From NCBI RefSeq assembly GCF_006345805.1, contig NC_042997.1:135346001-135410000 (forward strand): 64,000 nucleotides of DNA, read 5' to 3'. This document shows, in pieces, positions 61,139-64,000 of the stretch. The position numbers and the translations under genes are program-made. Under the pieces are notes generated by a model. It was given only the letters and a program-made list of their open reading frames with translations, did not search any database and was not told the DNA's origin. Source of the DNA: Octopus sinensis. Lineage: Eukaryota. The stretch's first letter is position 1; each line of letters opens with the position of its first letter.

Positions 61139-61400
61139 CGTGGTCTCATCAATAAGTATCTGGACTGTTGCCATAGTAACGAAGCTGAAGCCTTTTGGCA
61201 CAACTCTGTTGTGCATGCTCACTAAGTTTTAGCGTTTTAGCTCAATTCCGCTATTTACAGCAGTGCTTGGAAGGAAGGTGTGTAGCATGTGATAGTAGCA
61301 TTGACCATGACAGAGAAAGTTGAGCTAAGAATCTGCATCAAATTTTGCCAAACGCTTGACAATACCTGTTCAGAGGCCTACGCAAAGTTTTCAAAATTGT
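61139..61400 (+). mobile_element. Mariner 5' end (TIR + transposase N-terminus)
   Basis: TA-CGTGGTCTCATCAATAAGTATCTGGACTG TIR, then MTEKVELRICIKFCQTL..TCSEAY. Confidence 0.8.
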
Positions 61401-61494
61401 TCATCGTTCTCGATACAATCAACGGGATCCTGTGCAACCGAAACCCGAGGGTCTTTTTTGTCAGCTGAAAGTAGATTTAGCACAAACTTAACAG

Positions 61495-61953
61495 ACACTT
61501 GTCTCATACCCAAATCTTCAGTGATAATGGACTGAACTGAACCGCAGCTAATCTGCCCATCCTCTGATAACTCACAGTTGCACGCACATCTGCAATGTTT
61601 TTCTCAGTTCTGCTGGTTGCGGGTTTGCCAGAACGTTCGTCACTACCGACGTTTTTCTTCCATCCTGGAAACGTCTGTACCACTCGTATACTTGTGTGCA
61701 TCTCATACACTCCTCCCCTTCCACTTTCTTCAACTTTGTGTAGGCCTCTGAGCAGGTATCGCCATGACAACTTTCACACACAACACACCTTCCTTCCGAG
61801 CACTGCTGCAAATAGCGAAATTAAGCTAGAAGGTTAGAGCTTTGTGCACATGCAGAGCAAAGTCCAAGTTCAATCTGTGCGGAGCGGCTTTACTCTGCGT
61901 GCTTTAGCGTCGTTACTATCGCAACAGTCTGGATACTTATTGATCAAACTTCG
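61495..61953 (-). mobile_element. Mariner 5' end in the opposite orientation
   Basis: TIR CGAAGTTTGATCAATAAGTATCCAGACTG, then GDTCSEAYTKLKKV.GEECM..TQVYEWYRRFQDGR HTH. Confidence 0.85.
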
Positions 61954-61954
61954 T

Positions 61955-62205
61955 GTATATATATATACATATGACTGCATGTATGTATCTATATATGTAT
62001 ATATATATATACACACACAGACACACACATATATACACATATACATATATACATACATACATATATATATATACATACATACATACATATACACATACAT
62101 ACATACATACATGCATACATACATATATACATACATACATACATACATACATACATGCATACATACATACAGACAGACAGACAGACAGACATACATACAT
62201 GCATA
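61955..62205. repeat. (TA)/(TACA)n/(CAGA)n microsatellite
   Basis: Directly visible. Confidence 0.95.
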
Positions 62206-62209
62206 CTCA

Positions 62210-62505
62210 TACACTTGTTTGTAGCTCATGTACTCTTCTCCATACACTTTCTGCAACTTTGCGTAGGCCTCTGAGCAGGTATTGCCATGACGACTTTCTC
62301 TGTCATAATCAATGCGACGACCACACGCTACACACCTTCATTCCTAGCACTGCTGTAAACAGCGAAAGTGAGCTAGAAACATCAAAACGTAGTGCACATG
62401 CGCAGCAACGTCCAAGGTCAATCTGTGCTAAACAGCTTTAATCTACTTGCTTTAGCTTCATTACTATGGCACATTCTTGATGCTTATTAATGAAATCTCG
62501 TATAT
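62210..62505 (-). mobile_element. Third mariner 5'-end fragment
   Basis: GNTCSEAYAKLQKVYGEEYMSYKQVYE, with a TACGAG-type terminus at ~62500. Confidence 0.8.
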
Positions 62506-62519
62506 GTTTTATTCATATG

Positions 62520-62905
62520 TTCTTTTATTTGTTTCAGCCATTTGACTGCGGCCATGTTGGAAAACCGACTTTATTCGAGCAAATCGACCCCAGGACGTAT
62601 TCATTGTAAGCCTAATACTTATTCCATCGGTCTCTTTTGCCGAACCGCGAAGCTACGGGGACGTAAACACACCAGCATCGGTTATCAAGCGATGGTAGAG
62701 GGGGAGTCAAACACAGACACACAAACATATACACACACATACATATATATATACTACCCGCTTCTTTCAGTTATTGACTACCAAATCCACTCAGACGGCT
62801 TTGGTAGGCCCGAGGCTATAGTAGAAGACACTTGCCCAAGGTGCAACGCAGTGTGCCTGAACCTGGAACCATGTGGCTAGTGAGCAAACTACATTCAACA
62901 CACCA
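62520..62905 (-). mobile_element. SINE family B
   Basis: Reverse complement of 60694-61110. Confidence 0.8.
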
Positions 62906-62919
62906 ACTCCTGGGCCAAT

Positions 62920-62953
<34 letters not shown>

Positions 62954-63294
62954 TATAATTATTATTAAAATTATAATTTAGTGTATCTACGAGATACCGC
63001 CATGCTGAAAATAGCAGCCAAGATCGATATTTAATTTAAATTAACGATCTTATCCTTATTTATATAAATTTTATATTTATGATATATGTATATGTATTAT
63101 TAGTTATATTTTTATAATATATGTATGTATGCATGCATGTATGTATCTATGTAAGTAGGTTGCTTGGTAGATAGGTAGGGAGGGAGGGATTGAGGAAGGA
63201 AGGAAGGAATGAAGGAAGGAAGGAAGGAAGGAAGGAAAATAGGTACGTATGTATGTTTAATTTTTCCACCTGAAATGCATCCATCGAATTTGTG

Positions 63295-63507
63295 CCATCT
63301 TGGCGGAATCATTTGCACGCTGGACAAAATGCTTAGCGGTATGTCGCCAGTCGCTACAACCTGAGTTCGAATTCCGCCGAGGTCGACTTTGCCTTTTTTT
63401 CGTTTTGGAGTCGACAAGTTAAGTACCAGTCAAGTACTGGAGTCGATGTAATCGATTAGTCCCCTACCGACGAATTTCAGGTAGTGTGCCTATAGTAGAA
63501 AAGATTA
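63295..63507 (+). mobile_element. SINE family C
   Basis: GAGTTCGAATTCCGCCGAGGTCGACTTTGCC..AAGTACCAGTC..GTAGAAAAGATTATT. Confidence 0.8.
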
Positions 63508-63574
63508 TTTATTGCTGTTACTTAAATCATCTCCGTTTCTCAAGCACTCTTGCCTTCTCACTCGCTCTAACGCT

Positions 63575-63576
63575 CT

Positions 63577-63616
<40 letters not shown>

Positions 63617-63630
63617 CCCTACCTCTCTCT
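63575..63630. repeat. (CT)n microsatellite
   Basis: Directly visible. Confidence 0.95.
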
Positions 63631-63934
63631 GTTTTGGTCTCTTTTTATATCTACCTCGTTTTTAATATTTTATTTAAGACTATGTATTTATTACCAAACG
63701 TAATTTTACTTTGCCAACATCAATATCCGTAAATAACTTGTATCTTAACGAGAATAAATAAATTTTTACCACGGCTTTACTGCTGAAATCCATACTTAGG
63801 AGTGAGGTAGTTGTAACTCCATGAAAATTGTAACATGCCTATTACTTGACCTCCTCCTTTAAGTATTTCCTCAAAGTGAAAATCATATAAGCCAATGCTT
63901 GAAACCTAGTTGCCAATTATATCTTTTATCTTTC

Positions 63935-64000
63935 ATACTCTACTTGACTCTGTCATTAGACTGCGGCCATGGTGGGGCACCGCCTTGAACAATTGTTAGG
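63935..64000 (-). mobile_element. SINE family B 3' end (runs off the window)
   Basis: GTCATTAGACTGCGGCCATGGTGGGGCACCGCCTTG. Confidence 0.65.

Overview
This is AT-rich eukaryotic DNA saturated with microsatellites and transposable-element debris. The SINE families and microsatellite density resemble an Octopus (cephalopod) genome; this is an inference from recalled repeat families, not a database result. I found no intact, recognisable host CDS, and most ORF-track entries are microsatellite or TE read-throughs. Supported elements are: a Penelope-like element (RT + GIY-YIG, 30.2-33.2 kb) with an inverted 5' pseudo-LTR; a young 5'-truncated CR1-type LINE (39.8-41.7 kb); older CR1/Jockey-like, R4/Dong-like and RTE LINE remnants; a maT/DD37D mariner; an IS630/Tc1-like element with long internally repetitive TIRs; mariner 5' ends; Helitron Rep and PIF1-helicase remnants; an RT-deleted Gypsy LTR element; and three tRNA-derived SINE families. 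There are three local duplications: an 847-bp near-perfect inverted repeat, a ~1.4-kb dispersed direct duplicate and a 1.62-kb tandem duplicate. Several small, phase-compatible candidate exons on the + strand suggest the window is mostly intronic to an unidentified gene. The best candidate for something new is the Penelope pseudo-LTR, built as a tRNA-like Pol III head, an (AAT)n spacer and a minimal hammerhead ribozyme. A second hammerhead-like LTR fragment lies at 49.3 kb. TE remnant boundaries are approximate and identities were judged by eye.
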